A stretch of 64,000 nucleotides of DNA from Centroscyllium fabricii (GCA_051313645.2 JBNRSN020000009.1:97464001-97528000); one strand, 5' to 3'; numbered from the stretch's first letter, positions 35,769 to 49,002 are shown. The notes: generated from the letters alone by a model not told the origin. Numbers and translations: made by a program.

Positions 35769-36935
35769 GGCCCAGATATTGCAGTGGAGCCTTCGTGCGG
35801 GTGCAGTACCTGCTTAACGGCGGCACGGTGGCCCAGTGGTTAGCACTGTTGTCTCACAGCACTGGAGACCCGGGTTCAAATCCAGACTCGGGTACTATCT
35901 GTGTGGAGTTTGCACATTCTCCCCGTGTCTGCGTGGGTTTCCTCCGGGTGCTCCGGTTTCCTCCCACAGTCCAAAGATGTGCGGGTTAGGTTGATTGGCC
36001 AGGATAAATTGACCCTTAGTGTTAGGGCGATTGAATATATGGGGTTATGGGGATAGGGTGGGATGTGTCGATAAGGCTCAATAGGGATCGAAGGATATGG
36101 GGAGAGGACAGGGGCGGGGTACTGGGTTTGGATGATCAGCCATGATCTCATTGAATGGCGGAGCAGGCTTGAAGGGCCGAATGGCCTACTCCTGCTCCTA
36201 TCTTCTATGTTTCTATGTTTACGCACTTTAATTGCCCATATTCAGTTTTGCTTTTTTGCACTGAGAAATTCCCGTTAGCCCAGCCTGTCAGAGCTCCATG
36301 CGAGTTTCATGGGCATCTGAAGGGCGTAATTAGTGCGAGATGGCTTTTGAGACCACGTGATTGGCAGGGAGCCAATCAGTGGAAGCAATTCTCCGTTCAA
36401 AACTTCCACAGAGAAATCTGTGTGAGTTTTGAAAAGAGAGATTCTCAAAAGACATCTAAACACAAAAATAAAATTTTACAAACACCACATTTTTTAAACA
36501 TTACCCCAACTAACACAAATAACCTATTTTAAAGAAAAAATAAAAATTTGCAGAATTTTTTTTCCACTTCCAACAGGTCTAAAAATATACTTACCTGTCT
36601 TTAAAGTTATCAACAATTAAAAACCTGAAAAAACAACAATTAAAATCAATAAAATACACACTTACCAGATGAAAACGGGTGTTAACGACTCCTTTTTTCC
36701 AGCGTTGAATTTTCTTCTCTTGGTCCGTAGAAAAAGTTAAAAAAACATCGGAAAGTCTGGGCTCTCCCGTAGTTCGCAGCTTCCTGTGCTGGACCTCGCA
36801 GGAAGCAGCGACCCCCCCGCTGGGCGGCACAGGAAATCCCGAAGCGTGCGCTCTGGCTGCTTCCTGCGGGTTTAAGCTCTGGTGCGCTTGCACCAGAGCT
36901 TAAACCCGATATGCGCTGACTGTAATTTCTGGGCC
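35769..36935. mobile_element. PIF/Harbinger-type MITE related to family C (contains HE1)
   Basis: TIR ggcccagatattgcagt / actgtaatttctgggcc; TSD AAT. Confidence 0.85.
35819..36218 (+). mobile_element. HE1 V-SINE, full-length long-tail variant
   Basis: ggcggcacggtggcccagtggttagcact head (A and B boxes), V-domain, extended CR1 tail. Confidence 0.93.
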
Positions 36936-36980
36936 AATAATTCGTAATACAATCTTAACATTGTTATGAAATTGTGTTAT

Positions 36981-37237
36981 TGTAGGAGTCGCTGAAAACA
37001 AACAGACTGCGAGATTTTCGTAGCAGCAAAGAAAAACGCCTGTTAGCTTTATTAACTCTCCGCATGGACTGAGGGACTCGGCCTCGTCACAGGGCTATGA
37101 TGTCATCACACAATCGACAACTCTTAAAGGGACCCTGCCCTGATAACCCAACCAAGTTCCGTACATAACGAGGTGCGATAACAATATTGGCTATACATAG
37201 TGAATTGTGCTCCTGTCCCTATGTGGTCTCCGCCACA
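36981..37237 (-). repeat. 3' LTR
   Basis: Direct repeat of 41074-41330; minus-strand AATAAA at 37048-37053; preceded on the minus strand by a G-rich PPT (~37238-37250). Confidence 0.95.
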
Positions 37238-37275
37238 TACGCCCCCCGAGAATTCACTAGAACTGGCAATGTCAG

Positions 37276-40200
37276 TCATTGAGGGGCCTGGATCGCACGA
37301 CCGAAACGGCTCCTTAAGTCAGGGGCGGGGACCGGGGGGGTCGCAGGAGGGTGCCCGGGCGCTCGGTGTTGGACTGAGGGTGCAAATGCCAGAGGTCGGC
37401 CCCACCGCGGGGGCTGAGCCAACCCAATGGGTTGGTCCAGATCCAGGTGGGCCAGCTTAAGACGGTCCATGGAAATGTAGTCTGGTTTACCGCTGGCATG
37501 CACCACGAAGGCCTTGTCCCCGGCTTCCAGGATGCGGAATGGTTCGTCGTAGGGTGGGTGAAGAGGTCCCCGGTGGGCGTCGTGGCGGACGAAAACATAC
37601 TCCGCCGCACGAAGGTCGGGCGGAACGTGGGACTGAGGGAGACCGTGCTGCGATGTGGGCACTGGTGCGAAAACCTTGGCATTGTCCAAGGGGGCGGACT
37701 GCTGACGGGCTGCAGACCAAGGGTCCGTGGCGCTGGGGACGAAATCCCTGGGTACCCTCAGTGGCTGCCCGTAGACAAGCTCGATGGACGAGGACTGGCG
37801 GTCCTCCTTGGGGATGGAACTGAGTCTCAGCCTGACCCACGGGAGTCTGTCGATCCAACTGTCGTCCTGGAGGCTGGCCTGGAGTGTGGCCTTCATGGAG
37901 CGATGAAACCGTTCGCACAGCCCGTTAGCCTGAGGGTAATATGCGGTGCTGCGGTGGAGCCTCAACCCGAGGCCTTGAGCGACGGTGTTCCAGAGCTCTG
38001 ACGCGAACTGGGGCCCCAGTTGGAGGAGACATCAGATGGGGCACCAAACCGGGCGACCCAAGTGTTGATGAAGGCCCGAGCCACATCGGCAGACGTTGTT
38101 GACGACAGCAGGATGGCTTTCGGCCATCGGGTGGTTCTGTTGACTGTTGTGAGGAGGTGTGTGAACCCACAGGCGGGCGGCAGGGGCCCCACCAGGTCCA
38201 CGTTAACATGGTCGAACCGCCTCTCGGGCACCGCGAAAGGCGCCAACAGGGCCTTAGTGTGGCGATGCACTTTCGAGTGCTGGCATACCACGCAGGTATT
38301 GGCCCAGTCGCGAACGTCCTTCTTGAGCCCATGCCAGGTAAACGTAGCCACCACCAGCTTCTGTGACGGCTTCCTGCCCGGGTGGGAAAGGCTATGGACG
38401 GCGTCGAAAACCTGCCGTCTCCACCCGTTCAGCACGACGGGACATGGCTGCCCAGCGGAGATGTCGCACAGGAGCATGGTGCCGGCATCATCAAATGCGA
38501 CGTCCGCTAACTGAAGGCCCGTGACAGCCATCCTGTAGGCTTGGACGTCCGGGTCGGAGGGCTGGTCGGCCGCCATGCGGGTGTAGTCGATGCCGAGGTG
38601 TATGGCGCAGGCAACGGCCTGGAAGAGACAGTTGGCGATGGGGTTGTTTTTCCCAGCCACATGCTGGATGCCCGTCGTGAACTCGGAGATGAAGGAAAGC
38701 TGGCGCTGCTGGCGGGCCAACCACGGCTCGGAAACTTTGGCCATGGCGAAGGTCAACAGCTTGTGGTCCATGAACGCCCTGAACGGGCGGGTCTCCAGCA
38801 GGAAACAGAAGTGTCGGACGGCGAGGTAGAGGCCAAGAAGCTCACGATCAAAGGTGCTTTACTTCCGCTCGTTGGGGCGGAGCTGCCGGCTGAAGAAGGT
38901 GAGTGGCTGCCAGGTGCCGCTGACCCACTGTTCATGAATGGCGCCGACAGCATAGTCTGAAGCATCAGTGGTGAGAGCGATCGTCGCATCGGGCAACGGA
39001 TGCGCCAGCATGGTCGCATTAGCCTGGGCCCTTTTCATGTCCGTGAAAGAATTGGCCATCTCCTCGGACCAGTCAACGGCGAGCTTGGCAGGCTTGCCTT
39101 TGAGGGCCTTGTAAAGGGGCCGCATAAGCTGGGCTGCCCGGGGAACGAAGCGACGATAAAAGTTCACCATGCCCCAAAACTCCTGCGGGTCCTTCACAGT
39201 GAGGAGTCGCGCAAAATCCTTCACGGCATCCACTTTCGAGGGCAGTGGCACCACCTCGTCCTTTATGATACGGTGCCTGAGAAGGTCGATCGAGGACAGC
39301 CCAAACTGGCACTTGGCTGGATTGACGATTAGGCCGTGCTGGCTGAGGCGTTCAAAGAGAGTCCGGAGGTGGGACACATGCTCCGTCCTGGAGGCGCTGG
39401 TGATGAGAATGTCATCCAGGTAGACGAACAGGAATGGCAGGTCTCGTAAAACGGCGTCCATTAGGCGTTGAAAAGCCTGAGCGGCGTTTTTAAGACTGAA
39501 TGGCATGCGGAGGAATTCGAACATCCCGAACGGGGTAATCACCGCGGGTTTCGGGAGGTCCTGTGGCCGGACAGGAACCTAGTGGTAACCCCAAACGAGG
39601 TCCACTTTAGAGAAAACAACTTTCCCGGCCAGGTGGGCGGAAAAGTCCTGGATGTGTGGAATCGGGTAGCAGTCGGGGGTCGTAGCGTCATTGAGGCGCT
39701 GGTAATCGCTGCACGGGCGTCAACCGCCACCTGGTTTTGGTGCGATGTGGAGGGGCGAGGCCCACGGACTGTTCGACCGGCAAATGATGCTGAGGCGCTC
39801 CATCGTGTCGAACTCGGCTTTAGCGACGGCAAGTTTCCCCGGGTCGAGGCGCCGAGCGCAGGCGTAGACAGGCGGACCGGTGGTCGGGATGTGGTGTTCT
39901 ACCCCGTGCTTGGTAGTGGCGGACGAGAAAGTGGGCTTCGTGAGGTCAGGGAACCCTGCGAGGAGGCTGGAAAACTCGGAGGCCGAGAGTGCGCCGGAAA
40001 ATTTCGTCATGCTGGAACCACTGAGCGAACACGGGAGCGAACTGAAAGTCTCAGCGTTGACCAGACGTTGGTTCTTGACATCCACCAAAAGGCCATTGGC
40101 GCAGAGGAAGTCAGCGCCGAGAAAGGGGGTGGACACTTTCGCTGTAACAAAGTCCCGAGCGAAACGCTGCCCACCAAAACACAGCACCACACTCCATTTA

Positions 40201-41026
40201 CCGAAAGTATGGATGGAACTGCCATTGGCGGCTTCGAGGGCGGGGCCGTGGTTTCCCCCCTGTATGTCTACGGTTGACGCAGGCAGGATGCTCACCTGGG
40301 CACCCGTGTCACAGAGAAACGACGTCCAGAGTCAGTGTCCATAATGAATAACAGACTACCTGAATGGCCGACAGCCATGGTAGCTAATGAGTGGGCCTTC
40401 GCATTTCCCGACACGGTAAAGCTGCACGGGGGCCGGCACTTCTTAGCTTTGGGGCCGAACTGCGCGTGGTAGAAGCACATGCTTGGGGGCTGCCGCCGTT
40501 GGGCTGTGGCGGTGGAGGCAGGGCCCTGCATGGCCGCGCAGTACTGTTGCCCGGCGGAGAAAAATTTGTCGGCCTCCTTGGCCAGGGCGCGGTAATCACT
40601 AATATGAGAGTTGGCTAAAGCCAACCGCACCTGCCCTGGCAGCTGTTGTAGGAACAATTCTCTGAAGAGGAAGCATGGCTTGTGCTTGCCCAGGAGGGTT
40701 AACATGTGGTCCATCAGTTCTGAGGACTTGGAGTCATCAAGCCCGGGTAGAGAGAAGCTGGCGTGCGCACTCAGGTTCAGTTAGTCCAAAGGTCTCTAGG
40801 AGGTGCGTTCCCAGCGTCACATATTTGTGGTGCTCCGGGGGGGTCCTCAAGCAGGCTCATGACTGGCTGCAGTGGAGCTGCCGAGAGCAGAGACAACGTA
40901 ATAATACTTTGTGTCGTCCGCGGTGATGTCCTGGAGTGCAAACTGAGCCTTGGCCTGGGTGAACCAAGCGGCAGCCTGTCGTTTCCAAAACTCTGATAAT
41001 TTGAGAGAAATGCCATCCGTCGCCAT
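37276..41026 (-). pseudogene. Frameshifted gag-pol polyprotein
   Basis: Gag MATDGISLKLSEFW; protease region FLGADFL; RT FEFLRMPF...YLDD; RNase H TDASD; integrase H-H-C-C, HVNVDLVG, YYPQANGLCERFHR. Confidence 0.93.
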
Positions 41027-41061
41027 CTCGGATAAGTCTTTGGAAACGTCCAAAAGAGAAA

Positions 41062-41072
41062 CGGGGTCACCA
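41062..41072 (-). other. Primer-binding site (tRNA-Trp)
   Basis: TGGTGACCCCG one base inside the 5' LTR boundary; complementary to the tRNA-Trp 3' end. Confidence 0.9.
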
Positions 41073-41073
41073 A

Positions 41074-41330
41074 TGTCGGTGTCGCTGGAAATAAACAGAC
41101 TGCGAGACTTTCGTAGCAGCAAAGAAAAATGCCTGTTAGCTTTATTAACTCTCCACATGGACTGAGGGACTCGGCCTCGTCGCAGGGCTATGACGTCATC
41201 ACACAATCAACAACTCTTAAAGGGACCCTGCCCCGATAACCCAACTAAGTTCCGTACATAACGTGGAGCGATAACAACATTGGCTATACATAGTGAATTG
41301 TGTCACTGTCCCTATGTGGTCTCCGCCACA
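41074..41330 (-). repeat. 5' LTR
   Basis: Direct repeat of 36981-37237; retains a perfect TGACGTCA at 41191-41198. Confidence 0.95.
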
Positions 41331-41724
41331 TTATAACACTTTTCAGCGAAGATATGCAGTCCTACAGAAACATCACTGATGGCCTCGGTATCAATGGTAG
41401 CATATGCCACAGGAGCACTTTCCTGCTAAGGAATTTTTATGCAGTCTCTTTACCACTCTATGCACCAGTCTAATTCCTCAGTGTCCTGCAGCCTAGTCCT
41501 TCTCAGGTCACTTTGCACACCGCTCTATTCCTTTGACTACTCTTACGGCTAGCTCAAGCATAGGCATCATAAATGCCTTTCTGTTGGAATTCAAGCCAGT
41601 GTAATTTTGCTTAAACTGTTGCTTAACAAGCTTTTTTTTTAAAGTTGCTCCCAGGTCTATGCATTAACATGTATTACGCCTGCTTAATCTCCAAAACAAT
41701 TTTATGACTGTGGCAAAAGTTAGT

Positions 41725-41923
41725 CATGATGTGGAGGTGCCGGTGTTGGACTGGGGTGGACAAATGCAAGAAGTCACACAACACCAGGTTATAGTCCAAC
41801 AGTTTTATTTTAAATCACAAGCTTTCGGAGCATCTGCTCCTTCCTCAGGTGAAAGAGGCTCCGAAAGCCTGTGATTTAAAATAAAACTGTTGGACTATAA
41901 CCTGGTGTTGTGTGACTTCTTGC
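41725..41923. mobile_element. Penelope P2 end arranged as an inverted repeat, with a hammerhead on the minus strand (41815-41852)
   Basis: Arms 41766-41831 / 41858-41923; TSD (gc)aaaagttagt; minus strand tcac-CTGAGGA-aggagc agat gctcc-GAAA-gctt-gtga. Confidence 0.88.
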
Positions 41924-42592
41924 AAAAGTTAGTGACTGCTCCATTAATGCTTAACACACAAAATGATTACACTTTAATGCACAATTAACGTGCACTATCA
42001 CTAATATGGAGAAATCCCCCCCACCCCCCACCATTATCAGTTGTTACTTTCAATATTGTTCTCACTCCTTTGGTTCTTTCCATTTAATTTCCAGCATCTC
42101 TCCATTAATTATCTTTCTTTCCTATCTTCCTGCTATTCTTTTGATAAATCTAACTTATTCCACTGCAGCGTGTTGGTCAAAGGCCCAGTCAAAAAGTGGG
42201 CAGATGATAAGCAACTGAATAAAGAAGATTTAATGGCAAATTCCAAAAGCCAAGTTAATCATAAATAGTGACCAATAAACACAAATTAAGTTGCTCATTT
42301 CTATGTTCAGGTGACTCAGGGAGACACCCTACATACTGGAAGATGTGGTTCCCAGCAGATGTTTTACATATATAACATCCACAGCGCTACACTTCTGTGA
42401 AGTCTAATTTCATGTTGCTTACTGAGCCCAGTTTTCAATTCTTCCCAATAGGCACAGCAGTCCCATTTTAAAGGTTTTTTCTGCCTTTTCAATTACAACT
42501 CATAATAATTGCACTTGGTGTTTTGTTGATATACCGGCACATCTTGCAAATCCGCCTACTTTTAGCAAACCCAAATTGCTGCATTAACAATA

Positions 42593-42917
42593 CAGGTTGA
42601 GCACCGGTAATCCGGCACCCTCAGGACCAGGCCAGTGCTGGACCATTGAAAATTCCAAACCACTGAAGGTTCGGGGGGAGCGCACGGGTAGAACACTCCC
42701 CGGAGCCCGGGGGTAGGACACTCCCCAGGAGGGAGCCCGGGCATAGAACACTTACAAGCCCTAAAAAAACAGAAACCCAAACGCCCGATGCCTTCGGCGC
42801 TCGCTCACCCTTCACGGGAAATGGTGGCGCCGCCGAGCGACTGCTCCGCAAAATGAAGAGCGCGGGACCACTGAAGCTGCCAGACCATCGGGTGCTGGTT
42901 TACCAGTGCTCAACCTG
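42593..42917. mobile_element. pogo/Tigger-like MITE, family A copy 3
   Basis: TIR caggttgagcaccggtaatccggcacc; TA TSD. Confidence 0.9.
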
Positions 42918-43479
42918 TACATATTTTGATTTAATAAACACATTACTATGAAAAAAACCTCAGCGCAACCAGTTGTAGGAAATGTGATGTATATATGCTA
43001 AATAATAGTGGTTGTAACATTTGTGTCTCTGAATTATAGCACCTCATTTGGTATACTGTAATGATACATTTTACTACGTATGTTTAATTAGATTTGTTGT
43101 TCAAGAACTACAATATACTATGTGCCTGATATCAGGGATGATTTAATCTAAAATTGCACATTGGTTTCATTATTTATATACCATAGTCCAAAACTCAGGT
43201 TGTCCATTTACTGAGGTTTAAACCAATTGTGCACATTTGTTCTGGACAGATATCTATCGAATACTGAGCTTGTTGAATTAACGCGCTACAACTAGCAGGG
43301 AACCACAAGAGACAATGTGGCAAAAGCTAATACATTACACACATGCAAGCAGCATTTTTATTAAGCTGCGCTGTCCCACAAATTGACTTTTCCAAAGGAA
43401 ACATCATAATGAAAGCAACCTGCCAGCAATCCCATTTCAAATGCAATCTGTGCTTAAGTCATTTATGTGGGCTCTCCTG

Positions 43480-43865
43480 ATCACTCAGTGAGTTTATCCA
43501 ATAAGTAGCTGAGTCCCACAGACCAGTAAGGACCCAAGCCCCCGGTCTGTGCTACATTAACTTATCTCAGCTGGAGAAACAATGGGATGTGACAATTGAC
43601 CTCAGTGGCCACTGGGTTAGGGAGGGGAAAATCTGCTAGGGAAAACACAACTGAGCAAATGACTGCTGTTTGGAACTGCATTTGTTTGGAGGCCAGTTGA
43701 AAATAAGCCGGGCTCAGCGGTGATATCTCCATCGTCCCCAATGGAACAGACGGTCAAAGCTGAAACACGGTCAATGACCACCAGGAATACAGAAGGCCAA
43801 TCAGTGTCAGTAGAACCATATCCCAGCAAGTAGAGGAGGGAAGAGGAATAAGCACGCAAAGAAAA
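43480..43865 (+). mobile_element. Old SINE-like repeat (family X)
   Basis: cagaccagtaaggacccaag...ggtctgtgct...acaattgacctcagt...gggttagggaggggaaaatc. Confidence 0.6.
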
Positions 43866-44367
43866 TTTGTTCTTTTTTTATAAAATTGGATTGGTGTTTT
43901 AGAATGGAAATCATGTTTATAAATAGCACTAAATTCAATCTTGCTGTATGATTGGTAAGAACTAATAAAAGCAATTATTTATACATGTCGGAATCAAAAT
44001 TCTGGGAGACCCCAAATGCTGTGCAGAAGAACTTCCAGGCACCCAGGGAACCCGCCACAGACCCCATCCTAAATTGTGGAGACATACTCAGGGTGGGTCA
44101 CGGGTGCCTGTAAAGGTACATCAGTGGAGCCTGCCCCAGAACAGGAGGCCTGGCAAAGCCCTCCCGAGTCACAACATGGCCCAACTCAGCAACTCCCAAA
44201 AGAGCTGTCAGGCTATCTCTGGAAGGAAATCAAATCCCCTCGAGGACCATTACCTGTTCCCTCCTACATAAAGGAGCCTTTGGAAGGCCCATAGCAAAAC
44301 CTACACCAGTGCAGATCAGAATTTTTTCCCTATGGTCTTAAACTTGACCTGCACTGCAAAAAATAAA

Positions 44368-44986
44368 GGGGGAAAAATTTGGTTGCGCTCCCTATGGGGC
44401 GCTGACTTCTGCCCCTGCATCATACATTGAGTGGTAGCGCCCCAAGCAAGAGGCAGGGCACTATTGGAAGCGCTCCCGCGCCTTCCTGGGGAGCTACCAT
44501 TCAATAGCACAGTGCTACGTGCAACAGCGCCACGTGCATCGGCACATAGCGCCGCAGTATTATAGGCCTCCCTCCCCTGATTAAAGGGGAGGGGTGCACC
44601 AGGGGCCTGCTGGACCACCGGGGAGCGGGGTGCCGGGAAAACAGTATGGCACTCAAGAGGCCAGCACCTAACATGAGGAAGCGCAAGGGGGCAGGTGCTG
44701 GCAGACGGCCCAAAAAAAAGGGCCACCTGCACCTGCCCTTTAATTTGCGCTGCCGTGACCGCAAAAAACACCCCCCTGATCCTGTGGGACATATCGTCCG
44801 GTGGTAGGTCAGGGGGCGCAACTGAAGTTTGCAACCAGGGCGCGAGCAGGGTGTTGTGCATGGCGATGATGTCATCGCCGGAGGTGCAGCACCAGGGGGC
44901 GCTACCGGCTACCACCGCCACTGACCTACTGCTGAATTTCGCGGGAGGCGATAACGGGAGGTGCTAAGTAACCTAATTTTTACCCC
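44368..44986. mobile_element. PIF/Harbinger-type MITE, family D
   Basis: TIR gggggaaaaatttggtt / aacctaatttttacccc; TSD AAA; GC-rich interior. Confidence 0.8.
44887..44904 (+). promoter_or_regulatory. Candidate CTCF site
   Basis: cagcaccagggggcgcta closely matches the CTCF core CCACCAGGGGGCGCTA. Confidence 0.55.
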
Positions 44987-45056
44987 AAAATGTCTTAAGA
45001 ATAAACTTGGTTCCAAATGTAATTTTTGATAAGCAGGTTTAATATAATCAGTTGCA

Positions 45057-45255
45057 ACTGCCTGAAAGGGTGGTAGAGGCAGGAACCCTCACAACATTCA
45101 AGAAGCATTTAGATGAGCACTTGAAATGCCATAGCATACAAGGCTCCGGACCAAGTGCTGGAAAATGGGATTAGAATAGACAGGGCTTGATGGACGGCGC
45201 AGACACGATGGGCCGAAGGGCCTCTTTCAGTGCTGTATAAATCTATGACTCTATA
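45057..45255 (+). mobile_element. CR1 3' end fragment
   Basis: LPERVVEAGTLTTFKKHLDEHL followed by gatgggccgaagggcct...ctatgactctat. Confidence 0.85.
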
Positions 45256-48200
45256 ACACAATGCAGTAGATTCAAATTTAAGTGTTAAGTTCTTTTCAAT
45301 GGAATGGGGAGGAACTTGCCATGACAAATGTGTGTAAAGTATGCTCCAAAACTAAACTAAACTGAAATGAACTCACTGGTGTTAAATGAGCTTTAAAATA
45401 GTTAAACGCATTGTTAGATTAACCGTGTCTATTTGTTCCTATGTTGCTAACCTTTAGATATTGCTTGCAGCTAAACAACCTTTTCAAGCATAAAGGTGCT
45501 TTTCAAATTACAAGAATTTAGCTATTTTTTTTATAAGCATACCGGCTAGCTTTTTTTTAAAATCGGGTGCCAATTCTATTAATCAAGTTAGTTGTGGCTT
45601 AGGACACAGATGTGTTAAATATTAAAAGCTCATTGGTACTGTACCAATAGATTCCTTCACCAGGTTACAGCATGATTTTATCCACTGCAATGTGAAAATC
45701 AAATATAGGACATGTGTAATCAAGGTTGCGCAGATTACCAATAAAATTATGACAATGTACATATGCTACATGCTTTGAAGCAACCAGGTAAAGATCCCTC
45801 AGGGCTGTTAAAAGCTTAACTTAAAGGTAAACTTCAAAAGTAATGAGCGTTTCTGTTCATTTGCTTAAGGTCAGGATTAGTTTTTAATAAAACAAACATC
45901 AAAATCTCCTATTCAATAATAATTGAGTTAATAAGAATTTTTTTTTAAATTCAAATTAAGCAGCACTGTGCATTAGTGGGTATTTGCAACTGTCCACACA
46001 TCCTGTGTTTAGATAATACCAAAGTTGATTATTATTTATTTAAAGCATCAAAAAATCAAAATTCAAACTAAAACCAAATGCATTCCTTTAACTGATAAGG
46101 GCAGAAATTGACACTGACTCACTAGACCGAAGCCACCAGCAGTTGACTGGTGACAGTGGAAATGTGACTGACTCAATGGCACAGTACAACAATCTAGAAT
46201 GCTCACTACATTGTGTTACAGCAATACATCAAGTTTTTTTTCAGGCTTTTTGTTGCCTCCAAAAGAAAACTGCCTGTAAAAGCTAAGTATATTTTCAGTT
46301 TCAAACACCATCTGTTTCTTTTTGCTGTGAATGCAGTGGTGCTTTCTACTGGCCCGACAACCAAGATTTCAGTCCTGGAGAGAGATTTTAGGTGACCTTG
46401 GCAGATAGTCCAGTCACAGTAATTCCCGCAGGTATATTTCACCTTTACTATGAAGACATTCCAGCATCTCAAAATACGATGCATACCATTTAAATAGTAC
46501 ACTTTCTGCAATGTAATATCATTGCTACTGTTAATTAATAACTAATTAAATTCATTTCCTTGTCATTTGTAATACCCTAATCTCAATTTCACTCTCTTCA
46601 TATGAGAATGATTTACTGGACATCAAGTTCACATATTTGATGAACAGCTAACAAGTTTAATAAGTCATTAATTTAATATAAAGTTTTATTTTTTCTTCAA
46701 ATTATGCAGTGTAGTTTGTACCAGTGTAACAACTCAACCTCTTTTTTCCCCAAAGCTAGTCAAGCCTTTAATCATTAAGCTTGTTTTAGTAAATGCACAG
46801 GATCGACGTGTTAAACTTCTGGACCTGCTTATGTGGACCACCCTAAATATGGTAAGATTTTGTTAATGCTGCAGAGCTCCTTAAAGCTGTATCTTCCATA
46901 TAAACGTTAGTGTAGTTTATCAACAGTCTGCACAAAATTGTGAAGTCTCTTAGGGAAAAAAAAACACAATTCCAATTCTTTCCATTTTGAAACTGTTAAA
47001 ACTTCAATCATTGCAGCAAATGACATTCACTATTTACACTGGATCTGTAAGGCTGGCCGTCAATCACAAACAATGACAAACCACAATAATATATATTATT
47101 GCCCGGTGTTCAAAATACATATGGAAAAAAAGTTATTATGGCACATTATCAAAAATGGACTGTCGGCAGGCCTTCTGGACACAGTGTAAACAAATAGTGT
47201 TATGTTTACAAACTCTCAAATTTAAACTCATTAGATTTTTAAAGTGGATTTAAACAAACTTTTACGTGGTTTCATTGCTATACTAATAGAGTTGATTTTC
47301 TTTTAGCCATAAAATTTGACAAACAACAAGCTTTTAACCTACGGGTGGAACAATGTGAAACAACACTGTAATCAAAGGTGGAATGAAACTGTCTTTGGTC
47401 CACTTTCAATACAGAATCCTCAGTGTTCAGATCAAGAACCATTGTGTGTACTCAAACAAATATGAATTTAAAACATCTAAAGGAACTCACAGCCCAAAAT
47501 AAAGTGTTTCTGTTTGTGTAAAATAATAGATTAGAAGAAATTAGATAAAATTTATATTTTCTGAAATGAATCTGATCGTCAGTGATTACATATTTTATCT
47601 AGTGGGGGAAACCAAATAAATTAATCAGAATCACTTGTTGGGTTAATATGTATGATAGCCTCAAAAATAAAGATGCACCTGAGCATATGGAAAATACCGT
47701 CAGATCTCGGAAAACAACCATTTCACAGAATGAAAATAATCAAATGATACTTTAGCTGCAACTGCTCTTATGAAGTCATGTAACCCTATTAGCTTGCACA
47801 GAATATGCTGCTGGCATTCAGAAGTCATGCGTCATTAACCCTTTCTCTATCAGTTCAGCTTGCCTGCAAAAACTGAAAAGTGATTTTTCACATTTGCATC
47901 TAAACATCATCCATGTGGTATACAAAAAGAAACTTTTAGATGCCAAAATATACGATAAACAATTCACTGTCAAAGAACCGGAGGAAATAAACTTAGAAAA
48001 ATATTTAGTTCAGATAATTAAGAAGCAAAAAAAACTATTTATACAGGCATTGTCAACATTTTAAAGTGGTTTACAACCTATTCATAATGTTATTGCTGGT
48101 TGACAAAGGCCACTGGCAAACAGTCAAACTGAACTATTATATAAAAAATTCTCTAGAGAATCTGGTATGCTTTTGGGAAGTATATTGATCTGCAGATACA

Positions 48201-49002
48201 AAACCATATATCTACATCTTACTTTATGTGTAATTAGGTCTGTCAGCACTCTGCTAATGTACTGTTCTCAAAAATCATTAATTCTCCAATACCTAATGCC
48301 AACTTTATTCATTAACAGCCAATTACTTTTTTACTATGGATTGCTTGTCCAGCAATTTTGTGAATTTATGTACAGGTATGAATCTACTGTAATACTGATT
48401 ATTTGCCATGGCAAATAGCTGTTAATGTACACCCAGGATAGCAATCTATATTCAAATGCATATTTGTTAAATATTAATATATTGATACTCATTTATTGAT
48501 ATTCAGCAAAAGCAACTGAAATAAAGAATTTTTGAGTAATAATTAAACATTAAATATTATCCTAAATTTCAAACTATTCTGATTATCATTCATAAAGATA
48601 ACCATATATGAAATAATGCAATAATCATTACAAACAGTTCAGATTTTTCAATACATTACACCAGTTGAAATGTATAATTTGTTTCATTATAACATATGGT
48701 TTAGCATTAATGTAATTTGTCAGGAGATGCTACTGGTATAGCCAAAATGAATGAATTTCTCAGACAATATACGACGAACAGGACTTAACATTTCTATCTC
48801 CTCCCCTCAATCACAGATCTTCAATTTGCACAGTTTCATTTTAGTTGAGAGTGCTCAAACTGTTTGTACAGATGAGTAGGGCCCCAGTCCTTAGTTGGAC
48901 CACACAGTTGATATTTTCAAATGTCAGCTTATGCAGCGACTCAAACCTACAGCCACAACAGTGCAAAGCAAGTGACTCAACTACTGCAAAAAGGAAGACT
49001 CT

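Larger units (their letters stand above)
36981..41330 (-). mobile_element. Full-length Ty3/Gypsy LTR retrotransposon, CsRn1-like clade, decayed
   Basis: Two 257-bp LTRs (TG...CA), 4-bp TSD TTAT, tRNA-Trp PBS, PPT, gag-PR-RT-RH-IN order, Gag CHCC motif CFYHAQFGPKAKKCRPPC. Confidence 0.96.

Noticed and set aside
37200-41165. Long plus-strand ORFs over the Gypsy element (e.g. 39468-40277)
   Set aside because: Antisense shadows of GC-rich gag-pol
44316-44921. 201-aa minus-strand ORF
   Set aside because: Lies in a GC-rich MITE and crosses its TIR; no transposase motifs
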